From NCBI GenBank assembly GCA_963732385.1, contig CAVSZB010000007.1, positions 1,504,001-1,568,000 on the forward strand: 64,000 nt of DNA, read 5' to 3'. A program made the position numbers and the translations under genes. The notes below the pieces were generated by a model that was not told the DNA's origin, did not search any database, and saw only the letters and a list, made by a program, of their open reading frames with translations. Origin of the DNA: an uncultured bacterium. Lineage in GTDB: Bacteria; Krumholzibacteriota; Krumholzibacteriia; LZORAL124-64-63. Below are positions 1 to 9,484 of the stretch, piece after piece; within the stretch, counting starts at the first letter, position 1, and each line of letters opens with the position of its first letter.

Positions 1-540
1 GCGATCGATGTCCACCGTACGCGGCCCGCCCGACCAGCCCGTGCCGGCCCACAGGTCGCTCCAGCCGGCCGCAGCGAGGCCGGACCAGGCATTGCTGATC
101 CAGGCCTTCAGCGAGTCTGAGTTGGCCGAGACCGCCAGATCCGTGTCGAAGGCCGCGGCGACAAACGCCGCGCGGCCGTCGGCCCCCACGCTGACGATCG
201 CCGCGCCCCGCACCGCCTCGCGGCACAGCATCCCGTTGAGGAACCGTTCCGCCGTGCCGCGATGCGTGCCGGGCACCGCCTCGCGCATCAGCGGCATGAG
301 TCGATCGTCGCGCTGCACCTCGGCGAGCAGCGCCTGCACGCTGATCCGCTCCACCACCCGCCGGAGGGCATTGATGTTCTCGAGGCTCTCCTGCTGCTGG
401 TAGGTGCGCTCGGCGCGACTGGTGAGCAGGCGGCCGCTGAAGGCGCCCACCGCCAGCACAGACACCGCCACGACCGGCAATATCCTAAGATATAGCTGGT
501 GTTTGATGCGGAAATTGAACCGGTTCCAGAAACTGGTCAC
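1..540 (-). CDS. N-terminal part of a membrane-anchored sensor/signalling protein (runs off the window start)
   Basis: Not in the ORF track. My translation from GTG at 540, preceded by GGAAAGG: MTSFWNRFNFRIKHQLYLRILPVVAVSVLAVGAFSGRLL..., one TM helix then an extracytoplasmic region, open to position 1. Output domain not visible. Confidence 0.65.
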   Translation of the reverse strand, partial: MTSFWNRFNFRIKHQLYLRILPVVAVSVLAVGAFSGRLLTSRAERTYQQQESLENINALRRVVERISVQALLAEVQRDDRLMPLMREAVPGTHRGTAERFLNGMLCREAVRGAAIVSVGADGRAAFVAAAFDTDLAVSANSDSLKAWISNAWSGLAAAGWSDLWAGTGWSGGPRTVDIDR

Positions 541-600
541 GCCAGCCTTTCCCGGAGACCCTCAAGGCAGTCCAACACCTGCCGTCATGTACGGTTATGA

Positions 601-627
601 GTATCGTCGGGCCGGCCGGCTGTTTTA
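601..627 (-). promoter_or_regulatory. Putative sigma28 (FliA/WhiG-type) promoter
   Basis: Minus strand TAAA-N15-GACGATAC versus consensus TAAA-N15-GCCGATAA, 60 bp upstream of the sensor start. Confidence 0.45.
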
Positions 628-714
628 ACGGAATCTCAGAATACCGCTCGTCGGCCGGACGCCGGGGCGGTATGCTGATTCAGCCGTCAACCCGTTGCCG
701 ACAAAGGACATCCC

Positions 715-1986
715 ATGCCGGGACCGGTCGTCCTGCTCGTGAACAAGTTTTTCCACGCCGTCGGTCCGGCCGGCGGGGTCGGGCGCTATGTCCTTCAGGA
801 GGCGGACGATCTCGCGGCAGCCGGCTGGGAGCCGATCCCGTTCGCCATGGCCGACACCGACGCCCGCCCCTCGCCCTGGTCACCCTGGTTCGTGCGCGCG
901 CGCGACTACCGCTCGCCCCGCTGGTCGCCCCACGCACCCGCCGACGCGCTCGCTTTCCTCTGGAACCGCGAGGCGGCGCGCAACCTCGACCGGCTGCTGC
1001 GCCTGACGCGTCCCCGGATCGCGCATCTGCACAACATCTACCACCACCTCAGCCCCTCCATCCTGCCGGTGCTGGCGCGCCACGGCGTGCCGGCCGTGAT
1101 GACGCTGCACGATCTGCGCCTGCTCTGCCCGGCGATCCACATGCTGAGGCGGGGCGAGGTGTGCGAGCGCTGCCGGGGCGGCCGCTTCTACGAGGCGGTG
1201 CGCGGGGCGTGCGTGAAGGACTCCCGCGCGGCGTCGCTGCTGGCGGCCGTGGAGACGGCCCACCAGACGGTGCGCCGACTCTATCCGCGGCTCGTGCGCC
1301 GCTTCCTCTGCCCGAGCCGCTTCTACCTGGAGAAGTACGCGGCATGGGGCTATCCGCGCGAGCGCCTCGTGCACCTGCCGAATTTCGTCGACCTGGAGGA
1401 CTGGCGACCGTCGTCGGGGCCGGTCGACGCCGCCTATCTCTATTTCGGGCGGATCAGCGCGGAAAAGGGGCTCGGCACCCTGCTCGCGGCACAGGCCCTC
1501 TGGGAGGCCGAAAACGACGGGGCAGGCGCGCTCACGCTGCGCATCGCCGGCGAAGGCCCGTGGGCCGACGATCTGCGCCGCCGCGCCGCCGACCTGCGTC
1601 TGCGGCGGGTGGAGATCCTCGGCCCGCTCGACGGGGCGGCGCTGCGCAACGCCGTGGCGCGGGTCCGGTTCACCGTGCTGCCGTCACAGTGGTACGAGAA
1701 TTCCCCCTTCTCGATCTTCGAGTCGATGGCGGCGGGGCGACCGGTGGCGGGGGCGGACATCGGCGGGATTCCGGAGCTGATCGACAACGGCCGCGATGGC
1801 GTGCTGTTCCCCCCGCGTGATCCGGAGGCGATCCTCGCGGCGCTCAAACGCGCGGCCGCCCTCGGCCCGGCGGCCGGGGCGGCCGCGCGCGCGAAGGCGG
1901 AGCGGCTCTGGTCGCGGCCGGCGCACATGGCACGGCTGCGGGAGATCCTGGGCGAAGTCGCCGCGGCGGACGGCCCGCCCGCCTGA
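715..1986 (+). CDS. Glycosyltransferase family 4
   Basis: HLHNIYHHLSPS, TLHD, YFGRISAEKG, PSQWYENSPFSIFES (ExxxxxxxE) motifs. Confidence 0.93.
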   Translation: MPGPVVLLVNKFFHAVGPAGGVGRYVLQEADDLAAAGWEPIPFAMADTDARPSPWSPWFVRARDYRSPRWSPHAPADALAFLWNREAARNLDRLLRLTRPRIAHLHNIYHHLSPSILPVLARHGVPAVMTLHDLRLLCPAIHMLRRGEVCERCRGGRFYEAVRGACVKDSRAASLLAAVETAHQTVRRLYPRLVRRFLCPSRFYLEKYAAWGYPRERLVHLPNFVDLEDWRPSSGPVDAAYLYFGRISAEKGLGTLLAAQALWEAENDGAGALTLRIAGEGPWADDLRRRAADLRLRRVEILGPLDGAALRNAVARVRFTVLPSQWYENSPFSIFESMAAGRPVAGADIGGIPELIDNGRDGVLFPPRDPEAILAALKRAAALGPAAGAAARAKAERLWSRPAHMARLREILGEVAAADGPPA

Positions 1987-1992
1987 GGCCGG

Positions 1993-4900
1993 CTACTCCA
2001 GCCGGATCGGCACCTCCAGCACCAGGCGTCCGTCGCGATCACCCGGCACCTTGTCGACGAGATTGCGATCGAGGAACTTCACGGTGCCGAAGGGACGCAG
2101 ACCGACGGGCGGCTCGGGCCACGAGCTGGGGAACGTCACCGCCAGCGTGGTGGGCACGCCGCTGTAGAGCGCGAATTCGGCGGCCTCGCCCCGCTTAACC
2201 CCGCCCCGCAGGGGATCGGCCAGCAGGTACTCCTCCTCGATACGGAAGCCCCACTTCTCCCGATCGCGGGCCAGCGCGAAGCCCCCCACGACCTCGAGCT
2301 TGTACGCCCCCTTCTCCACGCCCGCGGGCAGGCTCCACTCCACCCGCGCATCGAGACCGAAGAAGGCGTCCGCCAGCACGCGCTCACCCTTGTCGTCGAC
2401 GATGTTCACCGCGCAGTCGGTGAACAGGTTGGCGGTCCGCTCGTCCATCGTGAGGTGGAAGGCCGCGCGCGGCGTTTCGCGGGTGAGCGTGAAGTCGAAC
2501 GACCAGATGTCGTCCGCCTCGATGGAAATCTCCCGTTCTCGCCGGAACCCCTGCACGACCGCCTCGGCGGCGCCACGGAACAGGCCGGGGAAGGCACGGG
2601 TGACCTTGAGTTCACCCTGTGCCGGCTGGCCGACGGCGACGCGCGGCAGGGCGGTGAGCACCGGCGGTTCGCAGACGTAGGCATCGAACGAGACGGTGAG
2701 CCGGTAGGCCGACGGCTCGAGGGCCGCAATGGGCGCGGCGCAGAGCACCTCCCACACGCCGGGACGCAGCTCGGGCGTCAGAATGGTCTGGTCGCGCACG
2801 GAGACCCCCTCCACGCTGGCCACGCCGGCGAAACCGCCGCGCGTCTGGCCTTCCGGATCGCAGATCTCAGTCGAGACGCGCGCCCCCTTCCCGGCGCCGG
2901 TGCGTTCGCTCACCTCGAGCCGCAGGCGCAGGGCGGAGGCGCCGGCCGGCGCCTCCACGAAGCGGCGGTGCACCCCCGACGGCGGCAGGTCGCGCCCCTC
3001 CCAGGTGCGGCTCCAGCCGTCGGCCGGCCCGAACGGTTCGCCCGTCACGACGCTGTTCCAGAGCGTGAATTCCTGCGCGGCCGGACCGGACAGATCGCCG
3101 CCGTCCTGCAGGGCAAGCACGCGAGTGGCGTACAGCCCCGGCCGGGTGAGCTGCGCACCGTCGTATTGCAGGTTGACAGTCATGCCCATGTCCCCGCGCA
3201 GATATGCGCGACCGGTAACGACGCGCACCCACCCCGCCTCCGACCGGAACGTGAACGCGCGGAAGAACGTGTCTTTCTGGTCCGGCGTGAGGTCGGGATG
3301 GAAAATCGGGTGGACGGTGAAAGTGACCGTCTTCGGCGCCACCGGCGCGCCTCCCGGCACGCGCCAGTAGGCGGCCGGCGCGAGTCCGTCGGCCTGGAAC
3401 GGGCATTCCGTTTCGAGACGGTAGTCGAGCACCTGGCCGGCGGTGCGGCTGCGGGCCAGCCGCGACAGGATCTCCCAGGCCCCCGCCACATCGACCAGGC
3501 CGCCACCCTGCGCCAGCAGTTCCAGGCCGGGCACCGGCCGGGCGCCCGCGATCAAGGCCCGCTTGATCATCCCCCAGTGCACGGTCAGCCCCTCCTGCCG
3601 CGCCGCGCCGAGCAGGCAGGCGACCGCGCCGGCGGTGGTGGGACAGGCCATCGAGGTACCGCTCATGCGGCCCGAGCCGTCCACCCAGCCCGGCACCGTG
3701 GAGAGCGCCGCGCCGGGAGCCACGACGTCCGGCTTGGGCACTTCGCCACCGCGGCTGGAGAACCCGAACAGCTGGGCCCGCGGCATCCGGGCGCTGTACA
3801 GCGCCGCCCCCGCCGACGGCGACAGGTAGGCGCCGGAAGCGATCACGCCAGGCGAGGCGGCGGGCAGCCCGACAGTCGACAGGCCGGGGCCCTCGTTGCC
3901 GGCGCTGGTGCAGTACACCACGTCGGGATGCTTCGGCATCTCCTCGTCGAGGAATTTCTCGTACGCGCTGTCGCCCTCCTCGACCGAGTTCACGCCGTAG
4001 CTCATGCTGATCACGAGGGGCAGACCGTAGTCCCGCGCGAAATCGGTCGCGTGCGTGAACGCCCGCCGCATCGACTCCGTGCGCGAGGCGCCGCCCACCA
4101 GCGTGTTGTCGCCGATCTTGCACGACATCACCCAGGCGCCGGGCGCCACGCCGTCCATCCCCTCCTGCCCGCCGACCCGACTGCCGGCCGCGATGCCGGC
4201 GCAGTGCGAGCCGTGCGCGCCATCGTCGAAGTGCAGCTCGAGCCGCGGCGGGCGCGGCGTGCCGAGCCGGTCATCCTGCGTAACGACGTTCGCGCTCCAC
4301 GCCATGAGCGTGCGTGCCTTCGGCGCGTCCGGCGCGGTCAGACGAAACGTGTCGAGGTTGATGTGGTAGTCCCGAACCACCGTCTCGTCGGCGAGACTGC
4401 CGTCGCCGTCCGTGTCGACGACCACGAGCCAAACCCGGGCGCTGGCCCGCTCCCGCGCCACCGTGCGGCGGGCGGTCTCGTTCAGGGCGGCGAGCCGCTC
4501 CAGACCGCGGCCCGTGCCCAGCGCCGCCTCGACCGCGGCGCGGTCGGCGGCCCAGACGAGCACGCCGAAACGGTCCTCCTTGTCGCCGTCGTCGTTGAGA
4601 TCGCTCACTCCGTTGCTGTTCAGGAAGCGTGACTCGGGAATGACCCCGATGTAGACCCGGTCGTCACGGCCGGGCGCCGGCGCCGACGCCGGCAGGCCGG
4701 CCAGCCGCAGTCCGTCGGGAAGGCGGAACGCAGGCGCGCCGGTAGTGTCGCGCTCCGCCTCCACCAGATCCCAGTCACCCTGGGTCGAGAAGTCCCGCGC
4801 CTCGATCACCTTCATCTCGCCGGTGGACGTCGCGTCAAGGCCGGGGGCGAAAGCGTCCACCCCGGTGTCGAAGACCGCCACCACGACCCCCCGGCCATCC

Positions 4901-5043
4901 CAGGTCGGGTGCGCCTGCCGGAAGGCGTACGCACCGATGTCATCGTTCGGGAGAAACGGCCACGGGGAACCGTCACCGGCCGGAGCGGCTCCCGCCAGGG
5001 TCGACAGACCGAGACAGAGGGCGCCGAGGATGAGGGATCGCAT
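1993..5043 (-). CDS. Exported S8 serine peptidase, tripeptidyl-peptidase II-like
   Basis: Start reassigned to ATG 5043 (MRSLILGALCLGLSTLAGA, signal peptide). Catalytic FDTGVD, HGSHCAGIAAG, SAGNEGPGLSTVG, SGTSMACP; long Asp-His insert. Confidence 0.9.
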   Translation of the reverse strand: MRSLILGALCLGLSTLAGAAPAGDGSPWPFLPNDDIGAYAFRQAHPTWDGRGVVVAVFDTGVDAFAPGLDATSTGEMKVIEARDFSTQGDWDLVEAERDTTGAPAFRLPDGLRLAGLPASAPAPGRDDRVYIGVIPESRFLNSNGVSDLNDDGDKEDRFGVLVWAADRAAVEAALGTGRGLERLAALNETARRTVARERASARVWLVVVDTDGDGSLADETVVRDYHINLDTFRLTAPDAPKARTLMAWSANVVTQDDRLGTPRPPRLELHFDDGAHGSHCAGIAAGSRVGGQEGMDGVAPGAWVMSCKIGDNTLVGGASRTESMRRAFTHATDFARDYGLPLVISMSYGVNSVEEGDSAYEKFLDEEMPKHPDVVYCTSAGNEGPGLSTVGLPAASPGVIASGAYLSPSAGAALYSARMPRAQLFGFSSRGGEVPKPDVVAPGAALSTVPGWVDGSGRMSGTSMACPTTAGAVACLLGAARQEGLTVHWGMIKRALIAGARPVPGLELLAQGGGLVDVAGAWEILSRLARSRTAGQVLDYRLETECPFQADGLAPAAYWRVPGGAPVAPKTVTFTVHPIFHPDLTPDQKDTFFRAFTFRSEAGWVRVVTGRAYLRGDMGMTVNLQYDGAQLTRPGLYATRVLALQDGGDLSGPAAQEFTLWNSVVTGEPFGPADGWSRTWEGRDLPPSGVHRRFVEAPAGASALRLRLEVSERTGAGKGARVSTEICDPEGQTRGGFAGVASVEGVSVRDQTILTPELRPGVWEVLCAAPIAALEPSAYRLTVSFDAYVCEPPVLTALPRVAVGQPAQGELKVTRAFPGLFRGAAEAVVQGFRREREISIEADDIWSFDFTLTRETPRAAFHLTMDERTANLFTDCAVNIVDDKGERVLADAFFGLDARVEWSLPAGVEKGAYKLEVVGGFALARDREKWGFRIEEEYLLADPLRGGVKRGEAAEFALYSGVPTTLAVTFPSSWPEPPVGLRPFGTVKFLDRNLVDKVPGDRDGRLVLEVPIRLE

Positions 5044-5103
5044 GGGAACCTCCAACACGGGAACGGGTTGGGAACGCGGTTGGCTTGTCGGGAGCGAGGA
5101 TCT

Positions 5104-5132
5104 ATTATAGAGGGTGCGCCCGGCGTCAACAA
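5104..5132 (-). promoter_or_regulatory. Putative sigma70 promoter for the TPPII-like gene
   Basis: Minus strand TTGTTG-N17-TATAAT, about 60 bp upstream of ATG 5043. Confidence 0.55.
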
Positions 5133-5178
5133 GCCGATCCGCGCTTGCCACCGCCCCCCCGGAGAGAGAGGATCCTAC

Positions 5179-6366
5179 ATGGCCGACGTCAGCAAAATGC
5201 GCCTCGATACGCAGATCATCCATGCCGGACAACACGTCGATCCCCAGACCGGTGCGGTCAGCACCCCAATCTACCAGACCTCCACCTTCGCCTTCCGCGA
5301 CACCGAGGAGGGGGCCGCCCGCTTCAGCGGACGCGACCCGGGCTACAAATACACACGGCTGGGAAATCCCACGATCGCCGCTCTCGAGGAGGCCGTGGCG
5401 CTGCTGGAAGGCGGCTGCGGCGCGCTCGGCGCGGCGACCGGCATGGCGGCGGTCAACACCGTCTACCTGACCCTGCTGGGCCAGGGGGCGCACGTGGTGG
5501 CGACCGACTCGCTCTACGGACCGTCACGCATGATCCTCGAGACCGAGTACGCGCGTTACGGCGTAAAAGCAACCTTCGTCGACTCCGCCGATCCGGCCAA
5601 CGTCCGCGCCGCCATGCGGCCGGAAACGAAGCTGGTCTACATCGAGACGCCGGCCAACCCGACGCTCAAGTTGACCGACATCGCCGCCTGCGCCGAAATC
5701 GCGCACGCCGGCGGCGCGCTGCTCGGCGTCGACAACACGTTCGCCACGCCGCTGCTGCAGCGACCGTTCGATCTGGGCGCCGATGTCGTCCTGCACAGCA
5801 TGACCAAGTTCCTCAACGGGCACAGCGACGTCGTGGCCGGCATCGTCCTTGCGCGCGACCCCGAACTGTTCGCGCGACTGCGCAAGGTGCATGTCAATCT
5901 CGGTGGCACCATGGATCCCCATCAGGCGTGGCTCGTTTTCCGCGGACTCAAAACGCTGGGCCTGCGGGTCGGGCGCGCCCAGGCCAACACGCTCGTGCTG
6001 GCCCGACACCTCGAGCAGCACCCCAAGGTGGCCTGGGTCCGCTATCCCGGTCTGGAGAGCCACCCGCAGCACGATCTTATGCGGCGGCAGATGCGCGGCG
6101 GCGGCGCGGTCTTCTCTTTCGGCGTGAAGGGGGGCCTCGAGGCCGGCAGGACGTTCATCAACGGCATGAAGATCGCCACCCTCGCGGTGAGCCTGGGCGG
6201 CATCGAGACGCTGATCGAGCACCCCGCCTCGATGACCCACGCCGGCGTGCCGCTGGCCGATCGCGCTGCGGCCGGCATCACCGACGATCTCGTCCGCCTG
6301 GCGGTCGGCTGCGAGGATGCGGCGGACCTGGTGGCCGACCTCGACCAGGCGCTCGCACGGGTGTAG
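5179..6366 (+). CDS. PLP-dependent Cys/Met metabolism enzyme, methionine gamma-lyase-like
   Basis: PIYQTSTF, YTRLGNPT, ETPANP, DNTF, HSMTKFLNGHSD (PLP lysine), AVSLGG, HPASMTH; ATG 5179 after GAGG. Confidence 0.9.
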   Translation: MADVSKMRLDTQIIHAGQHVDPQTGAVSTPIYQTSTFAFRDTEEGAARFSGRDPGYKYTRLGNPTIAALEEAVALLEGGCGALGAATGMAAVNTVYLTLLGQGAHVVATDSLYGPSRMILETEYARYGVKATFVDSADPANVRAAMRPETKLVYIETPANPTLKLTDIAACAEIAHAGGALLGVDNTFATPLLQRPFDLGADVVLHSMTKFLNGHSDVVAGIVLARDPELFARLRKVHVNLGGTMDPHQAWLVFRGLKTLGLRVGRAQANTLVLARHLEQHPKVAWVRYPGLESHPQHDLMRRQMRGGGAVFSFGVKGGLEAGRTFINGMKIATLAVSLGGIETLIEHPASMTHAGVPLADRAAAGITDDLVRLAVGCEDAADLVADLDQALARV

Positions 6367-6371
6367 GCGTC

Positions 6372-7625
6372 ATGCACAAGCACTGGGTGGAGGCCGAGCA
6401 TCTGCGGGACCCCCGGGGCGGCGCGGACTTTCGGGCGGTGGACACCACCGCCCACCCCCTGCTCGACCCGGCGTTCCTGGAACGTCCGTCGCGTCTGCGA
6501 CGCTTCCTGCGCGGTTTCTACGAGCGCATCCGCCAGGACGACGATGCCTACCGCCGGGCCGTCGCGGCGCAGATCCACCCGCCCGGCGCGCCGTCGGACT
6601 GGGCATCCGACAGCCTGCGTCTGGCCGAGATCCTGCAGGAGGCGGACGCTTACATCCGCGAGATCGTGAACCTGCTGCCGAGCACGGCCGAGGCCCACGC
6701 ACGGCCAGCCGACTGCGTCACCGCGTGCGACGACCTGCGCGACCTGATCACGCTCGTGGTTACCCATCCTGACCGGCGCGTCCGGTTTGAGGCCCGGCGC
6801 AAGCTCTACCTCATGCGGCTGTTCCTGCAGGTCGACCAGTCGCGCCACATCCAGGACGGCCCCCGGCACAAGGCCTTCTTCGAGGAGTTGCTGCAGCAGG
6901 GGTTGTGGCGCCACGCCCGGCAGGTGCACGAGGTCGAGATCGGCTACAACATCGACGCCACCGGCCAGGCGATCGAATACAGCGTACGCCCCTCCGAAGG
7001 CCAGCAGACCTGGACCTTCCACTCGATCTTCCTCGAGCGAGACGGCATCCCGATCGACATCCTTTACCACGCCTGCCGCTTCAAGCGCACCGTGGACCCG
7101 GTCACCTACGAGATCGTCGACGGCCGCCGCCGCGTCCTCGAACGCAAGCGCTGGGGAGAGATGCGCCGGCAGAGCAGCGGCTCGATCGTTTCGAAAATGA
7201 TCCGCAAGGGGATCAACAACCCCGACGAGATCACCGACCTCATCGGCGCCATGTTCATCGTGCACGACGACAACGCCCTCGACGACCTGCTCCGCCTGCT
7301 CGACGGCATCCTCGGCACGACGATCACCTGGCGGAATGTGGTGGACACGCTCGGCGGCGCCGCCGACAGCGCGCGGCTGAACATCCACTCCGGCCGCGGT
7401 TACCGGGTCTTCAAGGGGGACGTGGACATCCTCTACCCGGACCCGGTCCCCTACCGGTTCCCGGTCGAGATCCAGATCTACACGCTGGAGGGTTTCCTGC
7501 GCACGGTGTGCGGGGCCCACGACGCGAACCACCTGGCGCTCAAGCTGCGGCAGTTCCTCTACGGCCTGGTGCCGCGGCTCTTCCCGCAGGCGATCTACGG
7601 CGGGGACTGGCTGAAAATCGACTGA
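6372..7625 (+). CDS. Hypothetical protein with a C-terminal RelA/SpoT-synthetase-like nucleotidyltransferase domain
   Basis: True start ATG 6372 (MHKHWVEAE), 5 nt after the lyase stop. Motifs in order: CRFK...SIVSKMIRKG, ITDLIG, GRGYRVF, PVEIQIYT, NHLALK. Confidence 0.7.
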   Translation: MHKHWVEAEHLRDPRGGADFRAVDTTAHPLLDPAFLERPSRLRRFLRGFYERIRQDDDAYRRAVAAQIHPPGAPSDWASDSLRLAEILQEADAYIREIVNLLPSTAEAHARPADCVTACDDLRDLITLVVTHPDRRVRFEARRKLYLMRLFLQVDQSRHIQDGPRHKAFFEELLQQGLWRHARQVHEVEIGYNIDATGQAIEYSVRPSEGQQTWTFHSIFLERDGIPIDILYHACRFKRTVDPVTYEIVDGRRRVLERKRWGEMRRQSSGSIVSKMIRKGINNPDEITDLIGAMFIVHDDNALDDLLRLLDGILGTTITWRNVVDTLGGAADSARLNIHSGRGYRVFKGDVDILYPDPVPYRFPVEIQIYTLEGFLRTVCGAHDANHLALKLRQFLYGLVPRLFPQAIYGGDWLKID

Positions 7626-7649
7626 AACAAGCGGGGTTATGGCTGCGGA

Positions 7650-8780
7650 TCAGAATTCCAGCGAGGCGCCGGCCTGGACGAGCCAGCCCTGCCAGGTCCA
7701 GTAGAGATCGTTGGACGACTGGTCGGTCCACTCTGCGCCGGCGCGCAGCAACATTCCGGAGGCGCCCCCGGCGAGATTGATCCGCTTGTCCGCACCGATC
7801 CGGAAGCGGTTGGAAGTGTCGCACCGGTCTCCCGTCCCCAGCGCGAGCGATTCGTCGCCCGCGACCAGGAAGAGATTTGCGACCGTATCGTAGAGCAATG
7901 GCGGCCGCCCCGGGTAGGTCAGAAGGAGCCGCTCCCCTCCCAGTTCCGCCATGCAGTTCCACGGCAGAATCACCTTCAGGGCCGCGCCGAAGCGATCGCC
8001 GGCCGCCGAGAATTCGTCCAGCAGGGGATTCTCGAAGGCAGCCAGCTCCCGCGCGGAATCGGTGCTCTCGAACAGCTTCGAGTGCGACCACCAGGCGCGG
8101 AAAGCGAAACGGGCAGAGAGGGACTGCGCCCCCTGCAGGCCACCCTCCCAGAGCGCCGCGCGCGGCAGCGCCCCCTCGGCATCGCGCTCGCCCGAGGCAT
8201 ACCGCTTCCAGCCGACGCGCCCCGTGAGCGAGAGACTGGTACGCGACGGCAGCGAGCGGCTCAGCCGCGCGCTCACCCACCCCTTCAGGGCGTCCTCGAG
8301 CGGCGCTTCCGGATAGAGCCGCTTCAGCAGATCGGTCCGCATCTCGAGGCTGAAAGCGCGGGTGAAATACCGTTTGGCCGAGGCATAGCCGCCCCCCTCG
8401 CGGTAGTCGTAGATCGCATAGAGATCGCCGTTGTGACGCAGGCTCCCGCTGGCCCCCGCGAGGTATTGGTGCCGGCGACCCGGACTGGATCCCTGCAGGA
8501 TCAGACCGCCGCTCAGATAGCCATGATCCAGCGTGGGGTTCTCGAAGAAGCGCACCAGCCGACCGGAAGCCTCAAAACGCAGCGACGAAATCGGCGTACA
8601 GCCGACCCAGGCCCGCCCGTCGATAATTCCGTCCGACGGAGAGGATTCCGTGCCAAACACGTTCGCCGCGTAGATCTGTTCCGCGCTCAGGCCGGTATTC
8701 CAGATGCCGTCACCAGCGTATGCCGTCGGCGCGATCGCGAGGAGGCCGATCAGGACGAGCGAGGCAGGGAGTCGCTTCAC
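7650..8780 (-). CDS. Putative outer-membrane beta-barrel protein
   Basis: Signal peptide (MKRLPASLVLIGLLAIAPTAYA), alternating amphipathic strands, C-terminal QAGASLEF; ATG overlaps the upstream stop. Confidence 0.7.
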   Translation of the reverse strand: MKRLPASLVLIGLLAIAPTAYAGDGIWNTGLSAEQIYAANVFGTESSPSDGIIDGRAWVGCTPISSLRFEASGRLVRFFENPTLDHGYLSGGLILQGSSPGRRHQYLAGASGSLRHNGDLYAIYDYREGGGYASAKRYFTRAFSLEMRTDLLKRLYPEAPLEDALKGWVSARLSRSLPSRTSLSLTGRVGWKRYASGERDAEGALPRAALWEGGLQGAQSLSARFAFRAWWSHSKLFESTDSARELAAFENPLLDEFSAAGDRFGAALKVILPWNCMAELGGERLLLTYPGRPPLLYDTVANLFLVAGDESLALGTGDRCDTSNRFRIGADKRINLAGGASGMLLRAGAEWTDQSSNDLYWTWQGWLVQAGASLEF

Positions 8781-9484
8781 TGCAGCCCCCAGCCTCCCGG
8801 GCCACCAGGACTGCCCAAGCCACCGCCCGCGCCGCCGGTACCCTGACTGCCCTGGCCGGTCTGCGCCTGGTAGTGGCGGAAACCGCCATCCTGAAACCAG
8901 CAGCCATCGGCCAGACCGTCACCGTCGCGATCGATGAAACGGTCTTCACGGCCCCCGCGCCCGGCTCCGGCGGGCCGATCAGGGAAACCGTCGCCATCCT
9001 CATCCACCCACACCGCCCCGCCCGAACCTTCCCGCACGAAACCGAACTGTTCGCCGTGCAACTCCGACGCTGTATACTTCAGGCCGGTCACGTCGTTGTG
9101 CTGGTCTCCATCTGCGTCAAGCACGTCGGCGGGACGGCTCTCGCCCTTGCGGGCCAGATCATTCACACCATCGCCGTCGGCATCGCGGAACAGATCGTTG
9201 AGGCGGTCCTTGTCCCGATCGGCCCAGGCGAAATGATGGGCGTAGGCCAGACCATTGACATCGTTAATGCCGTCGCCGTCGGCGTCGCGGAAGCGGTCGT
9301 GGCGACCGTCCGCGTCAACATCCACCCAGCCTGGCGTAACGACCGGAGGGCCGGCCGAATCGGCGGCCGCCGCGCTCTGTGCCGCCGCGCGGGCTTCGCC
9401 GCCGGACAGAGCAAGCGCGCCCGCCAACAGCCCACAGACCAATGCAGCGGCGCCTGCCTGGTGCCCGAGAGAGCGGGTAATCAT
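8777..9484 (-). CDS. Exported acidic protein with seven DxDxD(G) Ca-binding-like repeats and a Gly-rich tail
   Basis: Start ATG 9484 (MITRSLGHQ...) after GGAG. Signal peptide; repeats DVDADG, DADGDG (x2), DRDKDR, DADGDQ, DEDGDG, DRDGDG. Confidence 0.75.
   Translation of the reverse strand: MITRSLGHQAGAAALVCGLLAGALALSGGEARAAAQSAAAADSAGPPVVTPGWVDVDADGRHDRFRDADGDGINDVNGLAYAHHFAWADRDKDRLNDLFRDADGDGVNDLARKGESRPADVLDADGDQHNDVTGLKYTASELHGEQFGFVREGSGGAVWVDEDGDGFPDRPAGAGRGGREDRFIDRDGDGLADGCWFQDGGFRHYQAQTGQGSQGTGGAGGGLGSPGGPGGWGLQ

Noticed and set aside
2455..4632. Long alternative-frame ORFs here and elsewhere (e.g. 37153-39438, 51020-53329, 57942-60722)
   Set aside because: Arg/Ala/Pro-rich shadow frames of real genes with no recognisable motifs
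5044..5178. SAM riboswitch upstream of the lyase
   Set aside because: No SAM-I/II consensus recognisable; the short region is occupied by divergent promoters
5085..6371. N-terminal extension of the 846-aa ORF
   Set aside because: Off-frame overlap with the lyase gene; the protein-like sequence starts at ATG 6372
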